Shown in pieces: positions 8,002-18,150 of a stretch of DNA of 61,854 bases (position 1 is the stretch's first letter; the number at the start of each line of letters is the position of its first letter). The stretch spans positions 1 through 61,854 of the forward strand of contig CAYLNH010000009.1 of assembly GCA_964384625.1 (NCBI GenBank), written 5' to 3'. Made by a program: the position numbers and the translations under genes. This stretch comes from an uncultured Lentisphaerales bacterium (GTDB taxonomy: Bacteria; Verrucomicrobiota; Lentisphaeria; JABSQK01). The notes under the pieces were generated by a model that saw only the letters and a program-made list of their open reading frames with translations, was not told the origin of the DNA and made no database searches.

Positions 8002-9087
8002 TTACGCGCCAAGCGCAAACGGCACCATGGAAACATCGCCCAGGCGCGGCGCGGCGTCGATGCTGAAGTCATCCGCTCTGCCGGCGCGGACGTAGTAATA
8101 GCCGAGGCCGGCGACCATGGCGGCGTTGTCGGTGCAGTACTTCGGCGGGGCGATAAACAGCGGGACCTTGACGGCGTCCGCCATCTTCTGCCGAAGCCGG
8201 CTGTTGCAGGCGACGCCGCCGCTGAGCGCCACGGTTCGGGCGCCGGTGTCCGCCAGAGCCCAGAGCGTCTTTTTCACCAGGGCATCCACGATTGCTTCCT
8301 GGTAGCTGGCGGCGATGTCGGCGACCGCGTCGTCGGCCAGGTCCAGCGGCTGGTCGAGGTTGCCGGCGTTTTCAACGCCTTTGACCTGATACAGCAACGC
8401 GGTTTTGACGCCGCTGAAACTGAAGTTCAACCGGTTCTTCGGCTTCAAGGCCTGGCCGCCGCCGCCGCAGAGGCCGCGGGGGAAGTCGCAGGCTGCGGGG
8501 TTGCCGACCTTGCCGAGTTTGTCGATCACCGGGCCGCCGGGATACGGCAGTTGGAGGATCTTCGCAGCCTTGTCGAAGGCTTCGCCGGCGGCGTCATCCA
8601 GCGTCTGTCCGAGGAGTTTGCAGGAGCCGTCGGCGGCGGTCAGCAACAACGCGGTATGGCCGCCGGAAACGACCAGCGTCAACAACGGATAGGCTTCCGG
8701 CAGCTGCAGGCGGTCCGGCGTTTCGAGGAAGGCGCCGAAGACGTGGGCAAGAAAATGGTTGATGCCGACCAGGGGTTTGGCGGTTGCCGCGGCCAGGCCT
8801 TTGGCGAAGGAGAGACCAACCAGCAGCGCCGGCAGCAATCCCGGACTGCTGGTGACGGTGACTGCGTCGATGTCGTCCAACGCGAGTTCGGCCTGGTGCA
8901 GGGTCTGCTGGAGGATCGGCCGCAAGGCTTTCAGGTGTTCGCGGGCGGCCAGTTCCGGGATGACGCCGCCGTAATCGGCGTGCTTGGCCACCTGCGATGA
9001 AACCAGACTGGCCGTGACGTTGTGGCCGTCCCGGACCACCGCCACGGCGGTCTCGTCACAACTGGTTTCGATCCCGAGGACATTCAT
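8002..9087 (-). CDS. tsaD: tRNA N6-adenosine threonylcarbamoyltransferase
   Basis: MNVLGIETSCDETAVAVV start with the GIETSCDET Kae1/TsaD signature. HxxH metal site in INHFLAHVFGAF. The C-terminus has ALSGGVACNSRLR. 361 aa. Confidence 0.9.
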   Translation of the reverse strand: MNVLGIETSCDETAVAVVRDGHNVTASLVSSQVAKHADYGGVIPELAAREHLKALRPILQQTLHQAELALDDIDAVTVTSSPGLLPALLVGLSFAKGLAAATAKPLVGINHFLAHVFGAFLETPDRLQLPEAYPLLTLVVSGGHTALLLTAADGSCKLLGQTLDDAAGEAFDKAAKILQLPYPGGPVIDKLGKVGNPAACDFPRGLCGGGGQALKPKNRLNFSFSGVKTALLYQVKGVENAGNLDQPLDLADDAVADIAASYQEAIVDALVKKTLWALADTGARTVALSGGVACNSRLRQKMADAVKVPLFIAPPKYCTDNAAMVAGLGYYYVRAGRADDFSIDAAPRLGDVSMVPFALGA

Positions 9088-10373
9088 TGCTGTTTCTTCT
9101 CCTCCGGTACCGGCGTCGGCGTTGCCGGGGACTCGTCGATCGGCTCGCCGTTGATCTTCTTCCGCATCACCTCAATCGCCTTTGTCATCTGCGGGTCGGG
9201 CACGTCATCCGCTTTCTTGTCGGAGCGGTAGCGGCGCAGTTGCCGGTAGAGCTTCGGCATGTCGGCGGGCGGCGGCGCAATCCGGATATTCGGGGAAATG
9301 CCCCGGCCGTGGATGACCTTATTCGCCGGGGTGTAGTAGTGGCGCGTGGTCAGATGGACGGAGCTGTTGTCTTCCGGCAAGCGGAACACGAGCTGCACCG
9401 AGGCCTTGCCATAGGTGCGCTCGCCCACCAGAACCGCGCGACGGTGGTCCTTCAGGCAGCCGGCCAGGATCTCCGAAGCGCTGGCGCTTTGTTCATTGAT
9501 CAAGATCACCAGCGGCAGGTCCAGAAGCTTCTCCCGGCTGTTGCGGGCAAAGTGCGCGTCGCTCCGGGCATCATTGCGCGGCACTGTGGTCACTACCAGA
9601 GAGCCCCTCGGCAGGAAGATGCTCGCCACGTCGACCGCGGCCGTCAACATGCCGCCCGGGTTGAAGCGGAGATCAATGATCAGCCCCTTCAGCCGGCTTT
9701 TCATCTCGACCAGCACCTTGGCCATTTCCTCGCAGGTCTTTTCGTTGAACTGCACGATCTGCAGATAGCCGATGCCGTCATCGAGCAACTGCGCCCGCCG
9801 TACCGTCGGATATTCAATCAGCCGACGCATGACCTCGGCGTCGAACTCCCGGTTTTCCGATGCCCGGAACATGGTCAACACAATGCCGGTGCCGGCCTTG
9901 CCTTTGACCAGGCGGCGGACCTCTTCATTCGGCATGTTCTTGGTATCCTTGCCGGCGATTTCCATGATCTGGTCGTCGGCTTTCAGGCCGGCCTCTTCCG
10001 CCGGGCCTTCGGGCACAACCTGAACAATGGTCGGACGCCCCTGCAACTGATGGAACTCGATCCCGATGCCGGTGTACTCGCCGCGATTCGTCTCACTGAA
10101 GTGCTCGGCGGCGGCCGGCGGGAAATAGGAACTGTGCGGGTCCAGGTGGTTCAGCATGCCGTTCAGCGCGCCCGCCGTCAGATTCTCATAGCCGATGACC
10201 GTTTCGTCGTCGGTGACATACCAGTCGCGCACCAGGCCGATGACGCGCACAAACTTGCGCAACTGCATGATGCCTTCACGATGGTCGTCGGAGAAGTATC
10301 TGACGCCGATGAAGAGGTTCAGCGGCAGCACAACGGCCAGGACAAGCTGACAAATCTTGTAGTTTCGTTCCAT
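9084..10373 (-). CDS. ctpA: Carboxyl-terminal processing protease (S41 family) with a PDZ domain
   Basis: N-terminal TM/signal, a PDZ-like region (GIGIEFHQLQGRPTIVQVVPEGPAEEAGLKADDQIMEI) and an S41 catalytic region (LIIDLRFNPGG ... LINEQSASASEILAG with the Ser-Lys dyad context). Overlaps the tsaD start by 4 nt, so an operon. Confidence 0.8.
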   Translation of the reverse strand: MERNYKICQLVLAVVLPLNLFIGVRYFSDDHREGIMQLRKFVRVIGLVRDWYVTDDETVIGYENLTAGALNGMLNHLDPHSSYFPPAAAEHFSETNRGEYTGIGIEFHQLQGRPTIVQVVPEGPAEEAGLKADDQIMEIAGKDTKNMPNEEVRRLVKGKAGTGIVLTMFRASENREFDAEVMRRLIEYPTVRRAQLLDDGIGYLQIVQFNEKTCEEMAKVLVEMKSRLKGLIIDLRFNPGGMLTAAVDVASIFLPRGSLVVTTVPRNDARSDAHFARNSREKLLDLPLVILINEQSASASEILAGCLKDHRRAVLVGERTYGKASVQLVFRLPEDNSSVHLTTRHYYTPANKVIHGRGISPNIRIAPPPADMPKLYRQLRRYRSDKKADDVPDPQMTKAIEVMRKKINGEPIDESPATPTPVPEEKKQQ

Positions 10374-10586
10374 CTGGGTTCCGCAGCTAGGCTCCGCCTA
10401 CCTTACTCAGGGGCGGGATGAAGTCAAGATCGCGGGCGGGCCGGCGGCGGGGTCAGCAGGGCGATGCGTCCTTCGACCGACTTCGGGAACCCGGGAGCCG
10501 GGTTCGGCGGCACGGGACCCGGCGGTGCGAATGACATGAATGGCGGCGCCGTTGCTCCACGGCGGAGGGCCGGGTCCGGTCCGGGA

Positions 10587-13500
10587 CTATGCCTGGATGG
10601 CCGACAAGTCGGCCAACGGCAGGATCAGGTCGAGAACGCGCTGTACCAGACGATGGCGATTCAGACGGATCTTGTCGTCTTCGGCGTTGACCATGACGCC
10701 GTCAAAAAGCGCGTCGACCCGGCTGCGGATCGGGGCCGTTACCGCGAACGCCGCGGCCAGGTCCTGATCCGCCAGAGCCGTTGCCAGCCTGGCCTCGGTG
10801 TCGGCGACTGCCTGCAGCAGGTCCCTTTCGCAGTCGTCCTCGAACAGGGCGTCGTCGACGGCGCCGTCGACGCGCTGCTTGAGAATGTTGTTGGTGCGCT
10901 CGAAGACGGCAGCAACGTCAGCGAAAGCTTCATTGCCGCGGAAGGCCTGCAGCGCCTCGACTCGGGCGACGAAGCTGGCCAGGTCGTACCAGCCGTCGGC
11001 AGCCTGAGCGACGGCATCGAGGGTGTCCCAGGCGAACGGTCCGGGCAGTTCGGCACAACTGCCGTCCCGCAGGAGTCCCTTGACCCGGCCCAGCGTGAAT
11101 TCCAGGATGCGGTCAATCAATTCGTTTTTGTCCGTCTTGGCCAGGACCTCGCCGTGGATGTCGAAGCTGCGCTCCAACAGCTCGCGCAGGTCGAGGCGGA
11201 AGCCGAACTTGATGATGATGGCGGCGCTCGTCAGACAGGCGCGCCGCAGAGCGAACGGGTCGGCCGAGCCGGTCGGCAGTTTGACCGCGGCCCCGATACC
11301 GACCAGCGAATCAAGGCGATCGGCCAGACCGACGACCGCCGCCGGCACGGACGCGGGGAAGTCGTCCTTGACGCTCTTCGGCAGGTAGTGGTCGCGGATG
11401 CCGTCGGCGACGACCGGGTCCAGGCCTTCCTGGCGGGCGTAGTAGCGGCCGACATCGCCCTGGAGTTCGGGGAATTCGCCGACCATCTTGGTGATCAGAT
11501 CGGCTTTGCAGAGCCGGGCGATCTCGTCGACCTGCTGTTTCTCAGCGGCGTCGAGGCCGAGTTCATCGGCGATGACGCCGGCGAGTGTACGAAACCCGCG
11601 GACCTTGTCGCCGATGCTGCCGAGTTTCGCCTGGAAGGTGACGCCGTCGAGGTCTTTGACGCGATCGCCGAGAGCGGTTTTGACGTCGTCCTGCAGGAAG
11701 AAGCGGGCGTCGTCAAAACGCGACCGCAAGACTTTTTCATAGCCCTGACTGACCAGGTTCATGTCTTTGCAGACCATGTTGGAAACCGCGATGAAATGGT
11801 TGCTGAGGGCGCCGTCGGGCCCGACGCAGGCGAAGTATTTCTGATGGCCCTTCATCTCGGTGACGAGGACCTTTTCCGGGATCTCCAGGTACTTCTCGTC
11901 AAAGGCCCGCAACACCGGGACGGGGTATTCGACCAGGTAGTTGACTTCCTCCAGCAGTTCTTCATCAACCAGCCATTTCAGGCCGTGGGCTGTGGCGAGG
12001 TCATGGATTTGCTTGCGGATCAGATCACGGCGTTCGGTTTGGTCGGCATAGACTTTGTTGTCGCGCAAGGTTTGCAGGTACGCCCCGCGATCGGCGCTGA
12101 GGCGGATCGGGCGGTTCGCCATGAACCGGTGACCGACGCTGTATGCGTTGCTTTTGATGTCGGCGAATTCGCAAGGCACGACGGCATCGCCAAGGAGGGC
12201 AGCGAGCCATTGCACCGGCCGCACAAAGGACTCCTTGATGGTGCCCCAGCGCATGGTTTTGTACCAGTGGATAGCTCTGATGAACTCGGGAATCACGGCG
12301 CCGAGGACGTCGGCGGCCGCCCGGCCCTCCTGTCGGCGGACGGCGAACAGGTAGTCGTCGCCGTTGACTTCGCGGATCTCGGCGTTGTCGAGCGAGATGC
12401 CGTTCTTCTTCGCGAAGCCCTCGGCGGCCCTGGTCCAGTTGCCGTCGTCGTCTTTGGCGATTCGCAGCGGCGGACCTTTCAGCTCGAGCAGCTGATCGTC
12501 CTGCCGGGTTTTCATGGCGCCGACACTGACGGTCAGGCGGCGCGGGGTGACATAGAACTCGACGTCCTGCGGTTCGAGGTCGGTCGGTTCGAAGTGCTTT
12601 TTGAACAGCTCCGGGAGTTGTTTGAGCAACGGCCCAAAGACCTGGGCCGGCATTTCTTCAACCCCGACTTCGAGCAGGAAGGGGGCGCGCTCCGGCAATT
12701 CGGCGGGCCCGGCCGGACGTTCGCGCTGCTCTTTCTTGACGACCGTACCGGCCCGTTCAACCAACGGGAAGCCCAATGCCTCGCGACTGGCCATCCAGGC
12801 CTCGGCCACGGCGCGCGCCAGCGTGCGAACGCGGAGGATGTAGTTCTGGCGTTCGTTGACGGAGATCGCGCCGCGGGCGTCGAGCAGGTTGAAGGTATGG
12901 CTGGCCTTGAGGCAGTAGTCGCAGGCGGTGACCGGGTTGCCGGCGGCGCTGAGGGCGAGGCACTCGGCTTCGAAGTCGTCGAAGTGCCGCGAGTGCATGG
13001 CGACATCGGCCAGCTCGAAGTTGTGCGTTGAACCCTGCCGTTCGTTTTCGTGAAACAGATCGCCATACGTGAACTGCTCGTTGTACTGCAGATCGTAGAC
13101 GTTGTCGACGCCCTGGAGGAACATGCAGAGGCGTTCGAGACCGTAGGTGATCTCGCCGCAGACGTGCGGCAGCTCGAAGCCGCCGACCTGCTGGAAATAG
13201 GTGAACTGCGTCACTTCCATGCCGTCGGCCCAGACTTCCCAGCCCAGGCCCCAGGCGCCGAGTGTGGGCGACTCCCAGTCGTCGTGGACGAACCGCAGGT
13301 CGTGTTCTTCGGGGTCGATGCCGATCGCGCGCAGGCTGCCGAGATAGAGGTCGACGATGTTGTGCGGACTCGGCTTCAGGATCACCTGGAACTGATAGTA
13401 GTGCTGCAGCCGGATGGGGTTGTCGCCGTAGCGCCCGTCCGTCGGCCGGCGGGACGGTTCAACGTAGGCGACGTTGAACGGCTCCGGCCCGAGCGCGCGC

Positions 13501-13619
13501 AGGAACGTGTTGGGGTTGAAGGTGCCGGCACCCTTCTCGAGGTCATAGGGCTGAGTCAACAGGCAGCCGTGATCGCCCCAGTACTGCTGGAGCGTCAGAA
13601 TCAGCTTCTGGAAATACAT
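10587..13619 (-). CDS. glyQS: Glycine--tRNA ligase with alpha and beta subunits fused in one 1010-aa polypeptide
   Basis: The N-terminal ~300 aa matches GlyQ ([39 protein letters not shown] ... FTYFQQVGG ... [18 protein letters not shown]). The remainder matches the GlyS beta subunit (HD-like and anticodon-binding regions). Single uninterrupted ORF. Confidence 0.85.
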   Translation of the reverse strand: MYFQKLILTLQQYWGDHGCLLTQPYDLEKGAGTFNPNTFLRALGPEPFNVAYVEPSRRPTDGRYGDNPIRLQHYYQFQVILKPSPHNIVDLYLGSLRAIGIDPEEHDLRFVHDDWESPTLGAWGLGWEVWADGMEVTQFTYFQQVGGFELPHVCGEITYGLERLCMFLQGVDNVYDLQYNEQFTYGDLFHENERQGSTHNFELADVAMHSRHFDDFEAECLALSAAGNPVTACDYCLKASHTFNLLDARGAISVNERQNYILRVRTLARAVAEAWMASREALGFPLVERAGTVVKKEQRERPAGPAELPERAPFLLEVGVEEMPAQVFGPLLKQLPELFKKHFEPTDLEPQDVEFYVTPRRLTVSVGAMKTRQDDQLLELKGPPLRIAKDDDGNWTRAAEGFAKKNGISLDNAEIREVNGDDYLFAVRRQEGRAAADVLGAVIPEFIRAIHWYKTMRWGTIKESFVRPVQWLAALLGDAVVPCEFADIKSNAYSVGHRFMANRPIRLSADRGAYLQTLRDNKVYADQTERRDLIRKQIHDLATAHGLKWLVDEELLEEVNYLVEYPVPVLRAFDEKYLEIPEKVLVTEMKGHQKYFACVGPDGALSNHFIAVSNMVCKDMNLVSQGYEKVLRSRFDDARFFLQDDVKTALGDRVKDLDGVTFQAKLGSIGDKVRGFRTLAGVIADELGLDAAEKQQVDEIARLCKADLITKMVGEFPELQGDVGRYYARQEGLDPVVADGIRDHYLPKSVKDDFPASVPAAVVGLADRLDSLVGIGAAVKLPTGSADPFALRRACLTSAAIIIKFGFRLDLRELLERSFDIHGEVLAKTDKNELIDRILEFTLGRVKGLLRDGSCAELPGPFAWDTLDAVAQAADGWYDLASFVARVEALQAFRGNEAFADVAAVFERTNNILKQRVDGAVDDALFEDDCERDLLQAVADTEARLATALADQDLAAAFAVTAPIRSRVDALFDGVMVNAEDDKIRLNRHRLVQRVLDLILPLADLSAIQA

Positions 13620-13818
13620 CAGGAAAACTCCGTGATCGGATTAAACAGCAAGGGTCCAAGCCGCCTACGATAGCAAAAAAACAGGGGATTGCACGGTCGT
13701 GCAGGCGGCTTTTTCCGAGGCCGTCAGATTGAAATCAGGCGGTCCCGGGCCTATATGTTAGGACGCGGAGGGAAGCTCACAACGATAGATCATTTGCTGA
13801 ATTACGCAGGACGATCCC

Positions 13819-14523
13819 GTGGCTGACGAGCAGAGAACGGTTGACGTGCCGCCGCCGCCTCCGGTTGAGGATGCGGGGGTCGGCGCGCCCGATACCAGTC
13901 CAACCCAGAGTTCCAAGGTCATCCCCTTGGCGCGCTCGAATATTTTTCTCTACCTGACGATCATCTTTGTGGGCGTCAATATCATCCTGCCGCGCTATGT
14001 CGCGCTGGGCTGTCACGGCCTCCTGGTCATCCTGCTGGTGCTGCTGTTGATCTGCTACCGGAAACCGGAGAATTTCCCCGACTGGTTCCAGACATTGCAG
14101 AAGAATTTTACCGCGCGACTGGCGGAGAACCCGCCGGAGATTTCCGTGATCTTCGGCATTGTCCTGCTGTCCATTGTCAACAACGTCTTCCTGGCCGGCG
14201 AGGAGTTCGAGATCGTCCCGCGCAGTCGCGAGCTATTGTCGGTCGCCCTGGTCGTCGGCGCCTTCCTGCTCAATCGGCGCAAGCGTAAGTATAATTTCGG
14301 CAAGCGTTCGGTCTGGGACCTGTTTCGAAAGGATTCCATGAGCCGGGTGAAGGTCCGCAAGAACGTTGTTGAGGAGCCGGAAGAAGACCAGCGTCCGGTG
14401 TCGTCTGAATCCCAGGTGCTGAAGGCCGATCAGAACCGCAAACGCTGGGAACAACGGCAGAAGCAGCGCTGGGAAGAATGGATCATGGAAGAAGTGGAAC
14501 GGCTGAACGACGACAAGAAGTAG
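13819..14523 (+). CDS. Hypothetical polytopic membrane protein with about 4 TM segments and a highly charged C-terminal tail; GTG start
   Basis: Hydrophobic segments IFLYLTIIFVGVNIIL, LLVILLVLLLICY, ISVIFGIVLLSIVNNVFLAG and LLSVALVVGAFLL. The C-terminal KRWEQRQKQRWEEWIMEEVERLNDDKK is charged. Local GC is lower than surroundings. RBS-less GTG start, so coordinates are tentative. Confidence 0.5.
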   Translation: MADEQRTVDVPPPPPVEDAGVGAPDTSPTQSSKVIPLARSNIFLYLTIIFVGVNIILPRYVALGCHGLLVILLVLLLICYRKPENFPDWFQTLQKNFTARLAENPPEISVIFGIVLLSIVNNVFLAGEEFEIVPRSRELLSVALVVGAFLLNRRKRKYNFGKRSVWDLFRKDSMSRVKVRKNVVEEPEEDQRPVSSESQVLKADQNRKRWEQRQKQRWEEWIMEEVERLNDDKK

Positions 14524-14578
14524 CCGGCCTGATGATCAGGCAGCCCGGGAGATTACGGCAAATTGAGGAGGCCCTTAC

Positions 14579-16300
14579 GTGACTGTTGCCCTGGTTGATC
14601 CCTCAATTCATGCACAGAAGGAACGTCTCAGCGACTACGCCCACCGGCTGCACGGGATCCTGGCGCAGCTCGACCTGAAACAGCTCCAGCCCGATCTCGA
14701 AAACATCCAGCGCGGCATCAACAAGCCCTTCCTCTTTGTCATCCTCGGCGAAGTCAACGCCGGAAAGAGCAGCCTGGTCAACACCCTCCTGGAAGATGAG
14801 ATCTGTCCGACCGACGTCTCGCCCTGCACCGACGTCATCCAGGAGATCGTGCACGCCGACTACAAGACGACGATCGAGAAGTCCGAGTTCGAGCGCGAGA
14901 TCGGGCTGCCCATCGATATTCTCAAAGAAATCTCCATCGTCGATACGCCCGGGACGAATTCCATCCTCGAACACCACCAGCGCATCACCGAAGGCTACAT
15001 CCCGCAAAGCGACCTGGTCATCTTCGTGCTCTTCGCCAAGAACCCATATACCAAGAGCGCCTGGGATCTGTTCTCGCTGATCCGCCAGGACTGGAAGAAA
15101 AAAGCCGTCTTCGTGCTGCAGCAGGCCGACCTCTGCAGTGACGACGAGATCGCCACGCACAGCGAAAACGTCGCCAAAGAGGCCGTGGAACGCGGTGCCG
15201 ACGACCCGAAGGTGTTCGCCGTCTCCGCCAGAGAAGGCAGAGGCATCAGCGAACTGCGCGACTTCGTCCTCGACCATGTCACCGGCGGCAGAGCCTGGGA
15301 ACTGAAGGCCGAATCGATCCGCAACTCACTTGCTGTAGTCAACGATCAGGTCGACACGTTCCTCAAAGCCCAGATGGACATGCTGCGCGCCGACCAGGAA
15401 CGCGAGCAGGAGATTCGCCAACTGCTCAATCCCGATCGTTCCGATTCCGAGATCGACCATCTGATCCAGCGGATCATTCAGCGCTACCGCACCATCAGCG
15501 AAGACTTCCGCCGCAAAATCGAGCGCGGGCTCGGCATGTGGCCGATCGTCAAGCGTTCGTTCGTCGGCATGGTACAGCGCGATGAATCCCTCCGCAACTG
15601 GGCCGAACGCGTCACCAAAGCCTATGAGAAGGACCTCCTTAAAGTCGTGGAAGACAACTCGCTCGAGTACGCCACCGACTTCATTACGGACCTCAAGAAG
15701 ACCTGTCGCGGCATCGTCGGCAAACTCGAAGACTCCATGCAGGAGATCGGCCAGGCGCAGGGCTTCGACTGGAACGACAAGCTGTCGACCGATCGCGAGC
15801 AGATCCTGGCCAAAGTGATCAAGCGCATCGAGGAATACTTCGACAGCGAGGAATACCTGAAGGCCATCGACTCGACCCAGGTCGACGCGATCCCGTCCAG
15901 TCTCGGCAAAGGCGGCGCACTGGCGATCATCGGCGTGGTCATCATGTACGCCACGCAGGTGGTCTGGCTTGACTACACCGGCGGCGTGTTGACGGCGGTC
16001 GGCGTGTTGGGCTCGATCGCGTACGCGACATTCAAGCGCCACGCCGTGATGGCCGGGCTGGCGCTTCAGATTCAGGAAGGCGAGTACACCTTGCGCCGCC
16101 GGCTGCAGTCGGATCTCAGCGATCGCCTGACCGGCATCTACCAGGGGATCGAACGCGAACTGCTCCCGTTCTTCCAGAACGTCGCCGCCCGCGCCGCCCG
16201 TCTGGAGCCGGTCAGCGAAGAGTTCGACAAACTCAAGGCTTCCTTTTCTGCGAATGAAGCATCCGAACCGGAATCAGATTCCACCGGCGAAGCCGAATGA
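14579..16300 (+). CDS. Bacterial dynamin-like GTPase; GTG start with a GGAGG ribosome-binding site
   Basis: G1 P-loop GEVNAGKSSLVN, G3 DTPG (IVDTPGTNS), large GTPase domain with long helical stalk regions, and a C-terminal hydrophobic hairpin (GALAIIGVVIMYATQVVWLDYTGGVLTAVGVLGSIAYATF) resembling a paddle or membrane-insertion region. GGAGG lies 7 nt upstream of GTG 14579. Confidence 0.75.
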   Translation: MTVALVDPSIHAQKERLSDYAHRLHGILAQLDLKQLQPDLENIQRGINKPFLFVILGEVNAGKSSLVNTLLEDEICPTDVSPCTDVIQEIVHADYKTTIEKSEFEREIGLPIDILKEISIVDTPGTNSILEHHQRITEGYIPQSDLVIFVLFAKNPYTKSAWDLFSLIRQDWKKKAVFVLQQADLCSDDEIATHSENVAKEAVERGADDPKVFAVSAREGRGISELRDFVLDHVTGGRAWELKAESIRNSLAVVNDQVDTFLKAQMDMLRADQEREQEIRQLLNPDRSDSEIDHLIQRIIQRYRTISEDFRRKIERGLGMWPIVKRSFVGMVQRDESLRNWAERVTKAYEKDLLKVVEDNSLEYATDFITDLKKTCRGIVGKLEDSMQEIGQAQGFDWNDKLSTDREQILAKVIKRIEEYFDSEEYLKAIDSTQVDAIPSSLGKGGALAIIGVVIMYATQVVWLDYTGGVLTAVGVLGSIAYATFKRHAVMAGLALQIQEGEYTLRRRLQSDLSDRLTGIYQGIERELLPFFQNVAARAARLEPVSEEFDKLKASFSANEASEPESDSTGEAE

Positions 16301-16485
16301 GCGCAATGCTGCGATGTCGGGTCCAGGGGCAGAGTCCCAGGTCTCTTTTGAATGCAGGTTTCCGTGCCCCGACGGAGCACGGACATGGGCAGCCGCGGGT
16401 GACCAATGGGAACCCGGGGTGTGTGTAACGGACCAGATGAACGTCCCCGAAGGGGGCGAACATGGTCGCTATCAGTGAGGACACA

Positions 16486-17310
16486 ATGCGAATTGGCGTT
16501 ATGACCGGTTGGGGCGGGGATCGGGCGAACCCCTTTGATCACGTGGCCGAATTCGGGTTGAGCTGTTGCCAGCTCTGCAACTGGGATCCGGCGCAATGGG
16601 AGGCCAGGGATCCGACGGCAACAAGGGCGCAGGCGGATGCCGCCGGTGTCGGCGTGTCCTGTGTCTGGGCCGGCTACCCCGGACCGGCCGTCTGGAACTT
16701 CGTCGAGGGCCCGACCACCATCGGCCTGGTGAACGACGAGTGGCGCGACCGCCGGCTTGCGGCGTTGAAGAAAGGCGCTGATTTCTGCGCCGCCATGGGC
16801 GCGCCGGCCATCGCCACGCACGCCGGTTTTCTGCCGGAGAACATGACCGATCCGAACTTTCGGGACTGTGTCGACGCGCTGCGCGACATCGCGGCCCACT
16901 GCGACAGACTGGGCATCGGTTTCTGGTTCGAGACCGGGCAGGAAACGCCGGTGACACTGCTCCGGTTTATCGAGGAGATCGGGCTGGATAACGTCGGGAT
17001 CAACCTGGACCCGGCCAACCTGATCCTCTACGGCAAAGGGAACCCGATCGATGCCCTGGATGTCTTTGGCCGGTACGTGCGCTGTGTCCATGCCAAGGAC
17101 GGGCTGTACCCGACCAACGGCAAGAGCCTGGGAACCGAGGTCGTCGTCGGCACCGGCAAGGTCCGCTTCCCCGAGTTTGTCGCGCGGCTGCAGGAGATCG
17201 GGTTTGCCGGCGACCTCGTGATCGAACGCGAGATCAGCGGCGAACAGCAGAAGCAGGACATCCGCCGGACAGTGGACTATCTGCAGGACCTCCTGGACAA
17301 ACTCGGCTGA
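16486..17310 (+). CDS. Sugar phosphate isomerase/epimerase (xylose-isomerase-like TIM barrel)
   Basis: MRIGVMTGWGG ... AIATHAGF ... FWFETGQE ... VHAKDG pattern typical of AP-endonuclease-2/xylose-isomerase-like TIM barrel proteins. GAGGA lies 6 nt upstream of ATG 16486; the track start at 16462 was rejected. Confidence 0.7.
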   Translation: MRIGVMTGWGGDRANPFDHVAEFGLSCCQLCNWDPAQWEARDPTATRAQADAAGVGVSCVWAGYPGPAVWNFVEGPTTIGLVNDEWRDRRLAALKKGADFCAAMGAPAIATHAGFLPENMTDPNFRDCVDALRDIAAHCDRLGIGFWFETGQETPVTLLRFIEEIGLDNVGINLDPANLILYGKGNPIDALDVFGRYVRCVHAKDGLYPTNGKSLGTEVVVGTGKVRFPEFVARLQEIGFAGDLVIEREISGEQQKQDIRRTVDYLQDLLDKLG

Positions 17311-18011
17311 TGTCCAGCGACTGGCCAGACGTTACCCGGGAGAATCTTCCCGAACATCTCGATGAGCTGGTCGATCGCCTGCTCACGCCCGAGCGCGTGG
17401 CGGGGTTCCGCCAGGTTGCCGGCCGGCGGCTGAATTGTCTGACGGCCATGTTCGAGCGGTTCTACGACCACCACAACATGTGCGCCGGCATCCGCACCTG
17501 CGAAGTCTTCGGCTGCCCCGAAGTCCACGTGATCCGTTCCGAGCAGTACAAACCCAATCCGGCCACGACGCGATATGCCCACCGCTGGCTGGCGATCCGT
17601 CGCCACGACAGCGTGCCGGCGGCCGCCGCCGCACTGCATCAGGCCGGCTATACAATTGTCGGCACGTTGGCAACCAATGACGCTGTGCCGCCGGCGGACT
17701 TCGAACTGCCGGACAAGCTCTGCCTGTGGATGGGGCCCGAGCACGAGGGTATGAGTGATGAAGCGCAAGCCGTTTGCGATGCATGTATCACGATCCCCAT
17801 GTACGGCTTCACCCGGAGTCTGAATGTTTCGGCGGCACTGGCGATCCTCACGCATCACTTCGCCGCCCGCTACCGAAGCTCCGGCCGCCAAGTGCTCCTG
17901 CCCGCCGACCACCAGGAGCAACTCGTGCGCTGCTGGTGCGAACGCGAGCTGCGCCAACGCTTCGGCTGGGAAACACCCGAACCAACGATCGAGGAACTCC
18001 CCGATCTCTGA
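17310..18011 (+). CDS. SpoU/TrmH-family RNA 2'-O-methyltransferase
   Basis: SPOUT motifs: HNMCAGIRTCEVFG (motif 1), LWMGPEHEGMS (motif 2), ITIPMYGFTRSLNVSAALAI (motif 3). Its ATG overlaps the upstream stop by 1 nt (tgATG). Confidence 0.75.
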   Translation: MSSDWPDVTRENLPEHLDELVDRLLTPERVAGFRQVAGRRLNCLTAMFERFYDHHNMCAGIRTCEVFGCPEVHVIRSEQYKPNPATTRYAHRWLAIRRHDSVPAAAAALHQAGYTIVGTLATNDAVPPADFELPDKLCLWMGPEHEGMSDEAQAVCDACITIPMYGFTRSLNVSAALAILTHHFAARYRSSGRQVLLPADHQEQLVRCWCERELRQRFGWETPEPTIEELPDL

Positions 18012-18150
18012 GCGGCAAACGCCTGACCGATGTCGAACGAGCAGAAGTGAACCGGGCGGTCACCGCGAGCCGCCCCCGGCCCTTACGTGAGAGACAGCGC
18101 GGTCAGCGGCGATCGACAACACCGACCGCCGCCGGTACAGCCGCGTCCGG

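Noticed and set aside
10464-13031. 855-aa plus-strand ORF antisense to glyQS
   Set aside because: Gly/Asp/Val/Ala-rich pseudo-protein with no motifs. The opposite strand encodes an unambiguous GlyRS with conserved blocks end to end.
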